Shown piece after piece: positions 1 to 10,593 of a stretch of 34,043 nucleotides of DNA. Both the position numbers and the translations under genes were made by a program. This stretch comes from an uncultured cyanobacterium (lineage in GTDB: Bacteria > Cyanobacteriota > Cyanobacteriia > Cyanobacteriales > Microcystaceae), in contig CAWEDJ010000081.1 in assembly GCA_963807635.1 (NCBI GenBank), positions 1 to 34,043 of the forward strand, read 5' to 3'. The notes under the pieces were generated by a model. The model saw only the letters and a program-made list of their open reading frames with translations. It was not told the origin of the DNA and did not search any database. Each line of letters begins with the position of its first letter. Position 1 is the stretch's first letter.

Positions 1-11
1 TATTTAAAAAC

Positions 12-287
12 CTAATCTTTTTTTGTATCTCCAATCACCCAAAAACCTTCCTTGCGCCAATATTGTTCCTGTAACGCTTGTTTTAATTGTTCCTCCGTGA
101 GCCAACCTTTTTGTAACAACAACTCGCCCAACCGAAATGGAGTCTCCTGTTGAGCTTGCAAAGCATTTTCTAATTGACAGGATGTAATAAAACCTTTGCG
201 TAATAATATTTTTCCTAATCGAATATCCTTAGATTGCATGGCTTTTAAGGAAGGGTGCTGACTGATCATTAGGGTGCTGGGCATCAA
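12..287 (-). CDS. Stand-alone MshEN-domain protein (putative c-di-GMP receptor); real start may be the ATG at 240
   Basis: Two tandem 24-aa motifs RLGKILLRKGFITSCQLENALQAQ and RLGELLLQKGWLTEEQLKQALQEQ separated by a 5-aa linker, matching the MshEN consensus RLGxxLxxxGxxxxxxLxxxLxxQ. Confidence 0.8.
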   Translation of the reverse strand: MMPSTLMISQHPSLKAMQSKDIRLGKILLRKGFITSCQLENALQAQQETPFRLGELLLQKGWLTEEQLKQALQEQYWRKEGFWVIGDTKKD

Positions 288-473
288 GTTTCTCTTACAT
301 TAGAATAAAACCCTGTTTTTGTCAGTCGGAAAAAGTCGGAAAAAGTAGGGTCTTTCGGGAGCAGAAAAATAAGTCGGCGATCGCCCAACCCCGTCCCAAA
401 TCCGTTACGCTGAGAGATTAAATAAGAGATTAAACAGTAAATTTGAGCGATAATTTAGCCAATTAACTCCTCT

Positions 474-1094
474 ATGCCCGAAAAAACAGTATGGATCGCC
501 CGACATGGCCATCGCTTTGACTTTGCCTATCCTCAATGGTTTATTACCGCCAAAAGACGTTATGATCCCGCCCTTTCCGATCAAGGCTTTATCCAAGTTC
601 AGCAATTAGCCAACCGTTTAAAACAAGAACCGATTGACCATCTTTTTTGTTCTCCTTTCCTGAGAGCCATTCAAACCGCCCATCCTATTTCCCAATTACT
701 CAATTTACCCATGAAAATTGAACGAGGATTGGGAGAATGGTTAAACCCCGATTGGATGACGGAATATCCCCAAACGAGTCCCTTAGAAGATTTAATGTCA
801 AAATATTCAATTGATCTGCCCTATTCTTCCCGATTAATCCCTCATTATCCCGAATCTGAATCTGAAATGATGCAACGGATGGCCCGCATTGCGGATCAAT
901 TAGTGACAGAATTTTCAGGCAATCTTTTATTGGTCGGTCATGGGGCGACGGTTGGCGGCATCACGGCGGGCTTACTAGGAGAAAACTTGATCCGACAGGC
1001 TCCCCTGGCGTGTTTAACGAAAATTGTTTACAGCAAAAAACAATGGAAAATCGAATTAAAAGCAGATATTTCCCATTTAGATGGCTCCTTGTAA
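474..1094 (+). CDS. Histidine phosphatase superfamily protein (phosphoglycerate mutase-like)
   Basis: RHG motif (IARHGHR), SPFLRAIQTA, C-terminal LLVGHG. Confidence 0.85.
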   Translation: MPEKTVWIARHGHRFDFAYPQWFITAKRRYDPALSDQGFIQVQQLANRLKQEPIDHLFCSPFLRAIQTAHPISQLLNLPMKIERGLGEWLNPDWMTEYPQTSPLEDLMSKYSIDLPYSSRLIPHYPESESEMMQRMARIADQLVTEFSGNLLLVGHGATVGGITAGLLGENLIRQAPLACLTKIVYSKKQWKIELKADISHLDGSL

Positions 1095-1187
1095 AACGAG
1101 CATAACCTCGAACTTTATCTTTTAGTACCTCTCCTGATTATGAGATGATTAAACAATGTGATTATTAAGCTTTAAGGAAAAATCAAT

Positions 1188-1526
1188 ATGGCTGAAATTC
1201 AATTTTCTCGTGGTGTCAAAGAAGAGGTTATTCCTGAGATTCGCCTCACGCGATCGCGCACAGGGCAAAGTGGCACGGCTCGTTTTTCTTTTAATGAACC
1301 CACAATTTTTGCAAAAGAAAGTACCGATGAAATTACGGGAATGTATCTCGTGGACGAAGAAGGGGAAATCGTTGCCAGGGATGTTAAAGGAAAGTTTGTC
1401 AATGGTCGCCCCAGTTCCATTGAAGCCGTTTTAATTATGAATACCGCCGATGAATGGGAACGCTTTATGCGTTTTATGCAACGCTTTGGCGAAGAAAATG
1501 GACTAGGCTTTACTCAGGCAGAATAA
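1188..1526 (+). CDS. psb28: Photosystem II assembly factor Psb28
   Basis: [12 protein letters not shown]...[11 protein letters not shown]...KFVNG...[11 protein letters not shown]; 112 aa; AGGA RBS upstream. Confidence 0.95.
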   Translation: MAEIQFSRGVKEEVIPEIRLTRSRTGQSGTARFSFNEPTIFAKESTDEITGMYLVDEEGEIVARDVKGKFVNGRPSSIEAVLIMNTADEWERFMRFMQRFGEENGLGFTQAE

Positions 1527-1569
1527 CTCAAACTATCCTCAATTTTGCAAGTCAAACCATCCCCTTTTT

Positions 1570-2313
1570 TTAGACTAATGAAGGGGGATGATTCCCAATT
1601 TCGCAATTTTTCACTTCCACGAGTCCTTCGTGAAGAACTTTGAGACGTTCCTGTAAATCTTGAGTTAATGCTTCGGAACTCGCTCGAATTTTTTGAACAT
1701 CATAATTTTTGACAGCGATCGCCTCACCAATTTTTACCTGAGCATCCGTTCCCCAGGTCGGATAGGTCTGACTGTAATTCAAAGAAACGGGCAAAATTTT
1801 AATGTCACTGTCGGGAACTTGCGCTAAAACATCCAAAGCAATGCGGGCAACACCACGCTTGAGGGGAGCAACCTTTTTTTCTCGGATAATGCCTCCTTCT
1901 GGAAAAATAACCAACATTTCTCCCTGTTTTAATAGAGCCACACTATAAAGTAAGCTGGTTGCGCCTGGATGCTTGACATCAATGGGAAATCCACCTAAAC
2001 GCCTAATAAACCAGCCCTGAATCCCGGCTATTTCATTGGATGTCACCATGAACCGCAAATCCCTCCCCGTCACCTTACGGCCAAGAGCGGCGGGTAACAA
2101 CATCGCATCCCAGCGCGATCGATGGGTCGGCGCAATGAGGAGAGGCCCCGTTTTAGGAATATTTTCCTGTCCTGTGATCTCAATTTTGCCAAAATAAGTC
2201 GGAAGAATGAGGTGATATCCAATCGGATACAGAAGACCCATTAGCCAGGGACTCACTTTTGAATTCAGCAGTTCGGGCGGATGATGGGCAATCGCAGAAG
2301 AAGACATAAGCAA
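1570..2313 (-). CDS. plsC: 1-acyl-sn-glycerol-3-phosphate acyltransferase
   Basis: HX4D motif (THRSRWD) and IFPEG motif. Confidence 0.85.
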   Translation of the reverse strand: MLMSSSAIAHHPPELLNSKVSPWLMGLLYPIGYHLILPTYFGKIEITGQENIPKTGPLLIAPTHRSRWDAMLLPAALGRKVTGRDLRFMVTSNEIAGIQGWFIRRLGGFPIDVKHPGATSLLYSVALLKQGEMLVIFPEGGIIREKKVAPLKRGVARIALDVLAQVPDSDIKILPVSLNYSQTYPTWGTDAQVKIGEAIAVKNYDVQKIRASSEALTQDLQERLKVLHEGLVEVKNCEIGNHPPSLV

Positions 2314-2526
2314 AAATTTAAAGTTTGATATATAAAAAATTTATTTTAGTTTTAGCGTAATCTATCTAAAGAAAGAGTAGTAGAGCGGAGTAACCACTTA
2401 TTCGTCTGTCCTGAAGCACTTTTGATATGTTCTTCTAGCACATTTCTCAAATCGAGGTTATTTGATAATGATTCCTCGGATTAAATATTAATCAACTCTT
2501 GAGGCGTTTATCAACAATCAACCACT

Positions 2527-3546
2527 ATGGAACTCAAACTCGATACAGCAGAACTCTCTAAATCTCCCTTCATTCTCGTTGCCCCTTTCTTTTTTCTAGG
2601 AACTGCAATGGTCGTAATGAAATTCATTATTCCCGATACAACACCTTTATTTCTAGCCTCTTTTCGTCTAATTCCTGCGGGTTTTTTGGTGGTCTTACTG
2701 TCAACAGTCTTAAAAATTCCCCAACCCAAAGGCTGGAAAGCTTGGTTATGGATTCTTCTTTTTGCCCTAATTGACGGCGCAATGTTTCAGGGTTTTCTCA
2801 CGGTTGGCTTGGTGAATACAGGCGCGGGTTTGGGAGCCGTTTTGATTGATGCTCAACCTTTAGTGGTTGCCTTACTCGCCAGTTGGCTTTTTGGGGATAT
2901 TATTGGTTTGTGGGGCTGGTTGGGTTTGATTATTGGCTTAACGGGAATTTGTCTTTGTGGATTGCCAACGGAATGGATCATTAATCTCTTGGCAGGTAAC
3001 GGAATTCCTATTTCTCCAGAAAGTTTGACTCTCAATAGTATTGCTCAAAGTGGGGAATTGTTGATGATTTTTGCGGCTTTATCCATGTCCTTTGGCACAA
3101 TTATTATTCGTAAAGTTCGTGATTATGTTGATCCTGTGATGGCGACGGGTTGGCATATGTTTTTAGGTGGAATTCCCCTATTGACTCTGTCTTTTTTATC
3201 GGAGTCTAATCAATGGCAAAATCTTTCAACCCAAGGTTGGCTGGGTTTAGGCTATGCGACTGTTTTTGGAACGGCTGTGACCTACGGTTTATTCTTTTTC
3301 TTGGCGGCTAATGGCAATTTAACGAGTGTTAGTGCCTTGATTTTCTTGACTCCTGTTTTTGCGTTGGTATTCAGTAATATTTTCCTACAAGAACAATTAA
3401 CAAAATTTCAATGGATTGGGGTATCTTTAACCCTCGTTAGTGTTTATTTAGTCAATCAACGACAGGAGTTGGCAAAACGTTTTTCTTCCGAAGCGATCGC
3501 TGCATCAGGGGATGTTTTGATAGAGTCTCCTAAAAAAGAGAGTTAA
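2527..3546 (+). CDS. DMT/EamA family transporter
   Basis: About 10 hydrophobic segments in two EamA repeats (PLFLASFRLIPAG, QPLVVALLA, LTPVFALVF). Confidence 0.88.
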   Translation: MELKLDTAELSKSPFILVAPFFFLGTAMVVMKFIIPDTTPLFLASFRLIPAGFLVVLLSTVLKIPQPKGWKAWLWILLFALIDGAMFQGFLTVGLVNTGAGLGAVLIDAQPLVVALLASWLFGDIIGLWGWLGLIIGLTGICLCGLPTEWIINLLAGNGIPISPESLTLNSIAQSGELLMIFAALSMSFGTIIIRKVRDYVDPVMATGWHMFLGGIPLLTLSFLSESNQWQNLSTQGWLGLGYATVFGTAVTYGLFFFLAANGNLTSVSALIFLTPVFALVFSNIFLQEQLTKFQWIGVSLTLVSVYLVNQRQELAKRFSSEAIAASGDVLIESPKKES

Positions 3547-3620
3547 TTTTAGTGCTGATTGACTGTTTGCGATCGCGGCTTGAAGTTTAGAGGGCGATCG
3601 CTATTATTTAAGTATCAAGT

Positions 3621-4064
3621 TTAATGATGATGGCCGTAAGCTCCTGCTTCGGGTTGGAAAGGTTTAATTTCTTCTTTGATTTCAACCCCTAAATGGATTA
3701 ACATTTCGGCTAAAACAGAATCGGGTTTGAGGTGGAGATAATCGGGAGTAATTTCTACAGGAACATGGCGATTCCCTAAATGATAAGCAACGCGCAGTAA
3801 GGTTAAGGGATTAGACGCTAAAACGGTTAAAACGGGTTCGGGTTTGGCTAAAATTTCGATCAATTCACCGCTTTCTGCTTTCAAAAAATCTCCATTTTGT
3901 ATGACAATTCCCCTTGGCAATCGAAAAAAGAGAGTTTGTCCCCCTGGAGCATCAAATCGATGACGGGTTCGCGTCCGTTCTTCGGCGGTGAGGGATAACG
4001 TCAATAGGGGCTTGAGGGCGGGAACGACTTCTGCCTTGGGGATGCGAGCGCTGAAAATAAGCAT
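3621..4064 (-). CDS. ureE: Urease accessory nickel metallochaperone UreE
   Basis: [10 protein letters not shown] motif, [14 protein letters not shown]-terminus. Confidence 0.95.
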   Translation of the reverse strand: MLIFSARIPKAEVVPALKPLLTLSLTAEERTRTRHRFDAPGGQTLFFRLPRGIVIQNGDFLKAESGELIEILAKPEPVLTVLASNPLTLLRVAYHLGNRHVPVEITPDYLHLKPDSVLAEMLIHLGVEIKEEIKPFQPEAGAYGHHH

Positions 4065-4147
4065 TAATCTAAGCTAGGGTGAATCCAAAATTGTATTGTC
4101 ATCAATAAGAGGCAAGCTAAAAACTCTTAAGATATAGAAAAATTATA

Positions 4148-4624
4148 TTATTTACGAAGTTGGATAATGGCTTTTTGAATCCTATTTTTTAAATCTGAAT
4201 CTTTTTTCAGTCCGTCAGTAATTGCATTAAACTCTGAAGATTTTAGTCCACTATCTTGGGCTATTTTTTTTGATTTGTTACAAAAATTTACAGCGATTTT
4301 TTGAGCATCGTTGGGTAATTTTTTTAAGGAATCTTTTTGATTGCAAGAAATTTGTGGGGGAGTTTTACCCAGGATTTTTTGAATTTGTTGATAGGCGGTT
4401 TTTCGTTCGGTTTCAATTTCTAAAACAACTTTTGCATATTGATTAATTTGTGCCTGACTAAAATCCTGGGTATAGGCAAAAAAACTAAAAACTAAACCAG
4501 ATGAATTCCAAGCATATTCAGGGACAATACCGCAGAGAATCCCGATAATGGCTAGTGAATTGATAATAAAAAATCGCGTAAAAGTTTTATTCAAGTCAGA
4601 TAGGGAACGGGAAAGAAGGAACAT
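4148..4624 (-). CDS. DUF4168-like cyanobacterial exported protein
   Basis: N-terminal hydrophobic segment; YAKVVLEIE...R, two Cys, GL...FNAIT...D.DLKNRIQ pattern. Confidence 0.65.
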   Translation of the reverse strand: MFLLSRSLSDLNKTFTRFFIINSLAIIGILCGIVPEYAWNSSGLVFSFFAYTQDFSQAQINQYAKVVLEIETERKTAYQQIQKILGKTPPQISCNQKDSLKKLPNDAQKIAVNFCNKSKKIAQDSGLKSSEFNAITDGLKKDSDLKNRIQKAIIQLRK

Positions 4625-4781
4625 GCGCGTTAATCGCCAGATTTATAATAATATTGGAATTCCAATAGAGGTTTTCTCCTTGGTTTGAATTATTTTCAGC
4701 ATTATAAGTTCCTGAAAACGATCTATTTTTACTGATTCTTTCTCTGTTTGCTCCTTAAAGATTACTTAGGTATTATTTTCC

Positions 4782-5681
4782 ATGAACGAATCTGTTCCCC
4801 TTCAAAAAGAATTTTTAACTTTTTCTCATATACCCGTTCTTTCTGAAGAATTAATTCAGGGCTTGTCAATCTCTCCCCAGGGATATTATTTGGATGCAAC
4901 GGTCGGGGGAGGCGGACACAGTGCTTCTATTTTAACGACTTTTCCGTCTGTTCGTATGGTTGCTATTGATCGGGATGAATGGGCGATCGCGGCGGCGAGG
5001 GAAAAATTAAGGGAATATGGTGAGGAACGGGTCGAGTTTTGGCAGGGGAATTTTGCAGAATATTTTGGTAATAAAGAAAAATTTGATGGTATTATTGCAG
5101 ATTTGGGAGTGAGTTCTCCCCAACTAGATCAAGCTGAACGGGGTTTTAGTTTTCGGCAAGATGCTCCTCTAGATATGCGGATGGATCGCAGTCAAGGTTT
5201 AACCGCCGCCGATATCATTAATTATTGGGACGAAGCAGAGTTAGCCAAAATTTTCTTTGAATACGGGGAAGAGCGGTTGTCCCGTCGCATAGCCCGACAG
5301 ATTGTGCAGCAACGTCCTTTTCAATCGACTTTAGAGTTAGCTGACGCGATCGCCCGTTGTGTGCCAGGTAAATATCGTTACGGTCGAATCCATGCCGCGA
5401 CCCGTAGCTTTCAGGGGTTACGCATTGCGGTGAATGATGAATTGGGTTCCCTGGAAAAATTTATCGACCAGGCTCCCCATTGGCTCAAACCCAACGGCAA
5501 AATTGGCATTATTAGTTTTCATAGCCTAGAAGACCGCATTGTGAAACACCGTTTTCGTGAATCGGCTCTACTCAAGGTAATCAGCAAAAAACCGATTATT
5601 GCCCAACCCGAAGAACAACAGCGCAATCCCCGTTCTCGTTCTGCTAAATTAAGATTCGCCGAGCGATCGCCTGATGTGTAA
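4782..5681 (+). CDS. rsmH: 16S rRNA m4C1402 methyltransferase RsmH (MraW)
   Basis: [49 protein letters not shown]. Confidence 0.97.
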   Translation: MNESVPLQKEFLTFSHIPVLSEELIQGLSISPQGYYLDATVGGGGHSASILTTFPSVRMVAIDRDEWAIAAAREKLREYGEERVEFWQGNFAEYFGNKEKFDGIIADLGVSSPQLDQAERGFSFRQDAPLDMRMDRSQGLTAADIINYWDEAELAKIFFEYGEERLSRRIARQIVQQRPFQSTLELADAIARCVPGKYRYGRIHAATRSFQGLRIAVNDELGSLEKFIDQAPHWLKPNGKIGIISFHSLEDRIVKHRFRESALLKVISKKPIIAQPEEQQRNPRSRSAKLRFAERSPDV

Positions 5682-5790
5682 GTAGGTGGATGTTAACAAC
5701 TGTAGAATTCCCCCGTCCTACAGACATCTCTCTTATCAAGGGGAGCAGGGGGGATCAAGTGAAAATGTATTATCAGTTTAATTTTAACTG
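5679..5790. repeat. Degenerate MITE/REP-like element with a CCCCC...CTTATCAAGGGG...GGGGGATC core
   Basis: Core 5707-5756 resembles 19677-19726; lies between convergent rsmH and glycerate kinase. Confidence 0.55.
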
Positions 5791-6909
5791 TCAAAGATTA
5801 CTTAAGTTGGTCAAATAATCTTGTAATTCCTGAAAACGTTTTCTTAAAGCAGTCTTGGGATCATTTAATGCAGATTCTAACGAAATATCTTCCCCAACGA
5901 GGGTAATAATTTTTTGGATGCCAGGATAATTTTTAAAGTCAGAATTCCCTGTCAGTACAATTACGGGTTTTTGATAGCTTTGCGCCAATGCCAAGACCCC
6001 ACAAATGACTTTTCCCTGAAGAGATTGCTGGTCAAACCGTCCTTCTCCCGTAATAATGAGATCACTGGCTTGAATATTCGCTTCTAGTTTTGTTAACTCT
6101 GCTATACGCTCAATTCCTCGGCTAATTTTAGCATCAAACCCTAATTTTGCTCCTGCGCCCAATCCTCCTGCAGCCCCTGCTCCTGGAAAGTTTACATTGA
6201 TACCCAATTGTTGCTGAACGCGATCGCTGAAGTGTTTTAAACCCTGGTCTAAATGTTTGATCAATTTTTCGTCTGCACCTTTTTGTTTTCCAAAAATATA
6301 GGCCGCTCCATTAGGGCCATATAAGGGGTTAGTCACATCACAAAAGATTTCAACGCCCTGGGAAAATGCTTGAGAAGCTTGGGAAGGAATAATTTCTTGA
6401 ATCTTGATTAATTGATTTCCTCCTAAATTAATAGAATTGCCTAGACTATCTAAAAATTGCCATCCCAACGCCATCAACATCCCGACCCCTGCATCATTCG
6501 TTGCCGATCCCCCGATCGCGAGATAGAGTTTTTTCGCGCCACGATTGAGGGCATCCTTAATCAATTCTCCCGTACCGTAGGTCGTGGTTAAAGCGAGATT
6601 ACGTTCTAATTTGCTTAATAACGTTAAGCCACTCGCCTGGGCCATTTCAATAAAAGCCGTTTGAGATTTGCCAAGCCAAAGATAGTCGGCTTCTACTCGT
6701 TGATCGGGCAATGGCCCCATAACTGTTTGGCTTATCCATTGAACCTGGGGTAAACAGCCCGCGATCGCCTCTAAAGTTCCTTCTCCTCCATCGGCAAGGG
6801 GATGGGTCAGAATCGAAAAAGATCGACCCAGGGTTTCCTCAACCATCTGGCAAACTTCAGTGGAAGACAAAGTTCCCTTAAAGGAATCAGGAGCGATCAA
6901 TAAACGCAT
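5791..6909 (-). CDS. glxK: Glycerate kinase (GlxK/GarK family)
   Basis: MRLLIAPDSFKG, PLADGGEGT, GGSATNDAG, GAGAAGG, TGEGRFD; ATG at 6909 preferred over the longer ORF start. Confidence 0.92.
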   Translation of the reverse strand: MRLLIAPDSFKGTLSSTEVCQMVEETLGRSFSILTHPLADGGEGTLEAIAGCLPQVQWISQTVMGPLPDQRVEADYLWLGKSQTAFIEMAQASGLTLLSKLERNLALTTTYGTGELIKDALNRGAKKLYLAIGGSATNDAGVGMLMALGWQFLDSLGNSINLGGNQLIKIQEIIPSQASQAFSQGVEIFCDVTNPLYGPNGAAYIFGKQKGADEKLIKHLDQGLKHFSDRVQQQLGINVNFPGAGAAGGLGAGAKLGFDAKISRGIERIAELTKLEANIQASDLIITGEGRFDQQSLQGKVICGVLALAQSYQKPVIVLTGNSDFKNYPGIQKIITLVGEDISLESALNDPKTALRKRFQELQDYLTNLSNL

Positions 6910-7122
6910 TAAATTAAGTGAAGTGGGGTATTTTTGGCGATATAGTAAAAATTGTCCACCATAATCACGGACGACTTCAAAGACTTTTGTGAGGGGCAAC
7001 CCAAACCTTTCCCCTAATTTATTACAGATTTTTATTTATATTATGAGTTAGGTATGAATAATCGTCCTGCTTTCATTCATCTTAATTAATTTTGTCAAAA
7101 TCATTTCTAGACGGCGATCGCC

Positions 7123-7974
7123 ATGACCAGCGACCGATTTCAACTTAAATTTTGGGGAGTTAGGGGAAGTATTCCTTGTCCAGGCAAAGAAACCGTGCGT
7201 TATGGCGGAAATACTCCCTGCGTTGAGATGCAAGTCGGTGGAGAACGGCTAATTTTTGATGGTGGAACGGGATTACGTCTTCTGGGTCAATCGATGTTAA
7301 AAGAGATGCCCCTAGAGAGCCATTTCTTTTTTACCCATACCCACTGGGATCATATCCAGGGATTTCCATTTTTTACGCCCGCTTTTATCCCGAACAATAT
7401 TTTTCACATTTATGGTGTCCCCACTCCCAACGGCTCGACCATTAAGGAACGACTCCACGACCAAATGTTGCACCCAAATTTTCCCGTGCCTCTGCAAATT
7501 ATGCAGTCTGGACTCCAGTTTTATGATCTCGAAATGGGGGAAATTGTTGCCTGGAATGGAATAACCGTTGAAACAGGTCAGTTAAATCATCCAGGGGGAT
7601 CGGTGGGTTACCGAGTCAATTGGCAGGGTCTCTCGGTTGTGTTAATTACCGATACTGAACATTTTCCCGATCGCCTAGATGAAAATGTTTTACACCTCGC
7701 ACGACAGGCAGATATCTTAATCATTGATGCCACCTACACCGACGCTGAATATTATGAAAAAGGCAACAGCAAAATTGGTTGGGGCCATTCCACCTGGCAA
7801 GAAGCCGTCAAGATCGCCAAAGCCGCAGGAGTAAAACAACTGATCCTCTTTCACCATGATCCGTCCCACACTGACGATGATTTAGATGTGATCGCCCAGG
7901 AAGCAGTCTTAGCATTTCCAGCGACTATTGTGGCCAGGGAAGGTCTGGCGATCGAGTTATTTCCTGCCCCATAA
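7123..7974 (+). CDS. MBL-fold metallo-hydrolase
   Basis: WGVRGSIP, HTHWDH metal motif, HPGG, GHSTW, FHHDP. Confidence 0.9.
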   Translation: MTSDRFQLKFWGVRGSIPCPGKETVRYGGNTPCVEMQVGGERLIFDGGTGLRLLGQSMLKEMPLESHFFFTHTHWDHIQGFPFFTPAFIPNNIFHIYGVPTPNGSTIKERLHDQMLHPNFPVPLQIMQSGLQFYDLEMGEIVAWNGITVETGQLNHPGGSVGYRVNWQGLSVVLITDTEHFPDRLDENVLHLARQADILIIDATYTDAEYYEKGNSKIGWGHSTWQEAVKIAKAAGVKQLILFHHDPSHTDDDLDVIAQEAVLAFPATIVAREGLAIELFPAP

Positions 7975-7982
7975 AATTAGCT

Positions 7983-10319
7983 TTAGGAATCCAGGCGAGA
8001 CATAGGGGAAATTCTGGGATCAATGATTTTTTGTCCAATCCCCTCAAATTTAACCGCGAGATTAGCCTTTCTACCCGCCCCTAAAATGTGGGTCACGGTT
8101 CCTTCCCCAAAATTACTATGATTGACGCGATCGCCGACAGCATAATTCAAATCACCATTAACTCGTTTTTGGGTTGGATCTGAATTCGTTTTAGCGACCT
8201 GTTTTTTATTCGTAAACTTGACATTCGTACTAATCAGTTCAGGCGGTAACTCCTGCAAAAATTGGGATGGAACCTTGCTTTCCCGTGACCCCCAAACAAA
8301 ACGTTCCCTCGCATAGCTCAAAAACAATTGTTCCTGCGCCCTGGTAATGCCCACATAACAAAGACGACGCTCTTCTTCCAAGGCCAAAGGATCATTCAAA
8401 CTGCGAACATGGGGACAAATGCCCTGCTCCAAACCCACGAGAAAAACCACAGGAAACTCCAGCCCCTTAGCCGAATGTAGCGTCATTAAAGAAACCTTAT
8501 CCTGTTCTTCCTGTAAATTATCCAAATCCGAAGCGAGGGAAGCATTAGATAAAAAGCCTGTTAAACTCGTATCTTCATTATCTTCTTGGAATTGTAAAAC
8601 CGCATTATACAGTTCTGCAATATTTGCCAAGCGATTATCCGCCTCTTCTGTTCCCTTTGCTTGCAATTCATCTAAATAACCCGATGCTTTCATCACCTGA
8701 TCCAACATTTCTGACGCAGAAAGAATATCAATTTGGGATTGGAAAGACTTAATCATCTGAGCAAATTGATTAGTGGCCTTCGCCGCTCGTCCGCCCATCG
8801 TATTAACCGACGTTTCATCACTCAAAATTTCCCAAAGCGGAATCTCCAGTTCCCTAGAAGCATTGATAAAAGAATCCATCGTTGTCTTGCCGATGCCCCG
8901 CTTGGGAGTATTAATAATTCTTAATAAACTAACCGTATCTGATGGATTGGCAATCACCCGTAAATAGGCAACACTATCTTTGATTTCCTGACGATCATAA
9001 AACTTAAATCCCCCCACAATATTATAGGGAATATTATTTTGAATTAAACCATCTTCAAACGCCCTGGATTGAGCATTGGTGCGATAAAGAACTGCGAAAC
9101 TACCCCAGTTTAAATCGGGATTTTCTGAGATTAGATTTTCGATTTTACGAATCACAAAAGTAGATTCTTCCCGTTCATCATTAGCTTTATAACAATAAAT
9201 CGCTTCTCCCACTCCCCTCGTCGGTTTTAAAACCTTATCAATACGCTGACTATTTTTTTCAATTAAATGATTAGCTGCTTCTAAAATATTTTCGCGAGAA
9301 CGATAATTTTCCTCTAACTTGACCATTGTTCGCGTATCATCATCAGGCAAACCATCCCCAAAATCCGATTGAAAATTAAGTAAAATGGTGAAATCAGCCA
9401 TACGGAAACTATAAATCGATTGATCCGCATCACCTACCACAAAAGTAGAGCGTCCCTGCCAATTCCAGAGTTGTTTTTGGGTTTCCCCATTGGTTGCCAG
9501 TAGTCGAATCAGATCGTATTGAATGCGATTGGTATCTTGATATTCATCCACCAGAATATGGTGAAATTGACTATGCCAATAGCCTAAAATAGACTCATTT
9601 TGCTGAAATAACCGCGTAGGAACCAGGATCAAATCATCAAAATCTAGGGCATTATTGGCGGCTAACTGGGCTTGATATTCCTGATACACTTCTGAAATCA
9701 CCCTTCCTTTATAGGTCGGATTTTCCCTGAGATAATCATCGGGCGATAACCCTAAATTTTTAGCATTACTAATCTGAAAACGGATGGAGCGAGGCTCAAA
9801 TTTTTTGTCATCTAAATTTAATTTTTTAGTGACAATATTTTTAACCAAGTTTTGGGTATCGGATTCATCGAAAATAGAAAAGCTTTTTGTCCAGACTCTA
9901 CCCCGTTCATCTCGATATTTGTCAATGTCTAGACGTAAAATGCGAGAAAAAAGGCTATGAAATGTTCCAATCCAAAGTCTTTTGGTTACAGTTTTATAGG
10001 CTTTTGAGGATAATTGCTTTTGTTCGTATTCTTTTAGCATTTCAAATCGTTTACCATACTGACTTTGGGCCATTTCTTGCACAAATATCTTCTCAATACG
10101 CTCTTTCATTTCTCTAGCAGCTTTATTGGTAAAAGTCACTGCTAAAATATTTTCAGGATCAACATGATGTTGGCGAACTAGGTGGGCAATACGACAGGTG
10201 AGGGCTTTGGTTTTGCCCGATCCTGCTCCTGCGACGACCAATAGAGGCCCACAAAAATGTTCAACTGCCCGACGTTGGGAACTATTTAATTGCGCTAAAA
10301 AATCTAAGCTTGTGGTCAT
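7983..10319 (-). CDS. pcrA: ATP-dependent DNA helicase PcrA/UvrD
   Basis: AGAGSGKT Walker A, VDEYQDTN, GDADQSIYSFR, ENYRS, TLHSAKGLEF, EERRLCYVGITRA, C-terminal Tudor-like domain. Confidence 0.96.
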   Translation of the reverse strand: MTTSLDFLAQLNSSQRRAVEHFCGPLLVVAGAGSGKTKALTCRIAHLVRQHHVDPENILAVTFTNKAAREMKERIEKIFVQEMAQSQYGKRFEMLKEYEQKQLSSKAYKTVTKRLWIGTFHSLFSRILRLDIDKYRDERGRVWTKSFSIFDESDTQNLVKNIVTKKLNLDDKKFEPRSIRFQISNAKNLGLSPDDYLRENPTYKGRVISEVYQEYQAQLAANNALDFDDLILVPTRLFQQNESILGYWHSQFHHILVDEYQDTNRIQYDLIRLLATNGETQKQLWNWQGRSTFVVGDADQSIYSFRMADFTILLNFQSDFGDGLPDDDTRTMVKLEENYRSRENILEAANHLIEKNSQRIDKVLKPTRGVGEAIYCYKANDEREESTFVIRKIENLISENPDLNWGSFAVLYRTNAQSRAFEDGLIQNNIPYNIVGGFKFYDRQEIKDSVAYLRVIANPSDTVSLLRIINTPKRGIGKTTMDSFINASRELEIPLWEILSDETSVNTMGGRAAKATNQFAQMIKSFQSQIDILSASEMLDQVMKASGYLDELQAKGTEEADNRLANIAELYNAVLQFQEDNEDTSLTGFLSNASLASDLDNLQEEQDKVSLMTLHSAKGLEFPVVFLVGLEQGICPHVRSLNDPLALEEERRLCYVGITRAQEQLFLSYARERFVWGSRESKVPSQFLQELPPELISTNVKFTNKKQVAKTNSDPTQKRVNGDLNYAVGDRVNHSNFGEGTVTHILGAGRKANLAVKFEGIGQKIIDPRISPMSRLDS

Positions 10320-10515
10320 AAATTATGGATCTTTCTTAATAAAAATTTTATCTAATTTGTTTTTTGTAATTTATAATAGTCGAGTTCTTTTTAAGGATTA
10401 TTTTTGTTAATAGACGATGTATTATTGCGTTGGTATTCATTCTATCATTACCGATCCTTCCCCAAAAACAATGGAACTGTCAGACAAATGTTTCGTCAAA
10501 AAACAGTTTTTCCTT

Positions 10516-10521
10516 TACAAT
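10516..10521 (+). promoter_or_regulatory. Putative -10 element of yfr1
   Basis: TACAAT 7 nt upstream of the predicted Yfr1 5' end. Confidence 0.55.
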
Positions 10522-10528
10522 GGAGATG

Positions 10529-10593
10529 GCGGAGACGATAGTTTCCGTTCACTCCTCACACCACACTCCGCCTGGACAATGTTCGGGCGGTTT
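10529..10593 (+). ncRNA. yfr1: Yfr1 cyanobacterial small RNA
   Basis: Ultraconserved ACTCCTCACAC at 10551-10561 between a 5' hairpin (GCGGAGAC...GTTTCCGT) and a 3' hairpin (CCGCCTGGAC-AAT-GTTCGGGCGG-TTT); upstream of trxA, as known for Yfr1. Confidence 0.92.

Noticed and set aside
324..434. Short direct repeats AGTCGGAAAA x2 and AGAGATTAAA x2 in a divergent intergenic region
   Set aside because: Only two copies each in AT-rich DNA, with no spacers or cas genes, so not CRISPR. A regulatory role cannot be supported.
2463..2477. TGATAATGATTCCTC, partial Fur/Zur-like box upstream of the DMT transporter
   Set aside because: The right half-site is degenerate, and the sequence could simply be an extended -10 element.
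3621..4064. ureE isolated from other urease genes
   Set aside because: Scattered ure genes are common in unicellular cyanobacteria.
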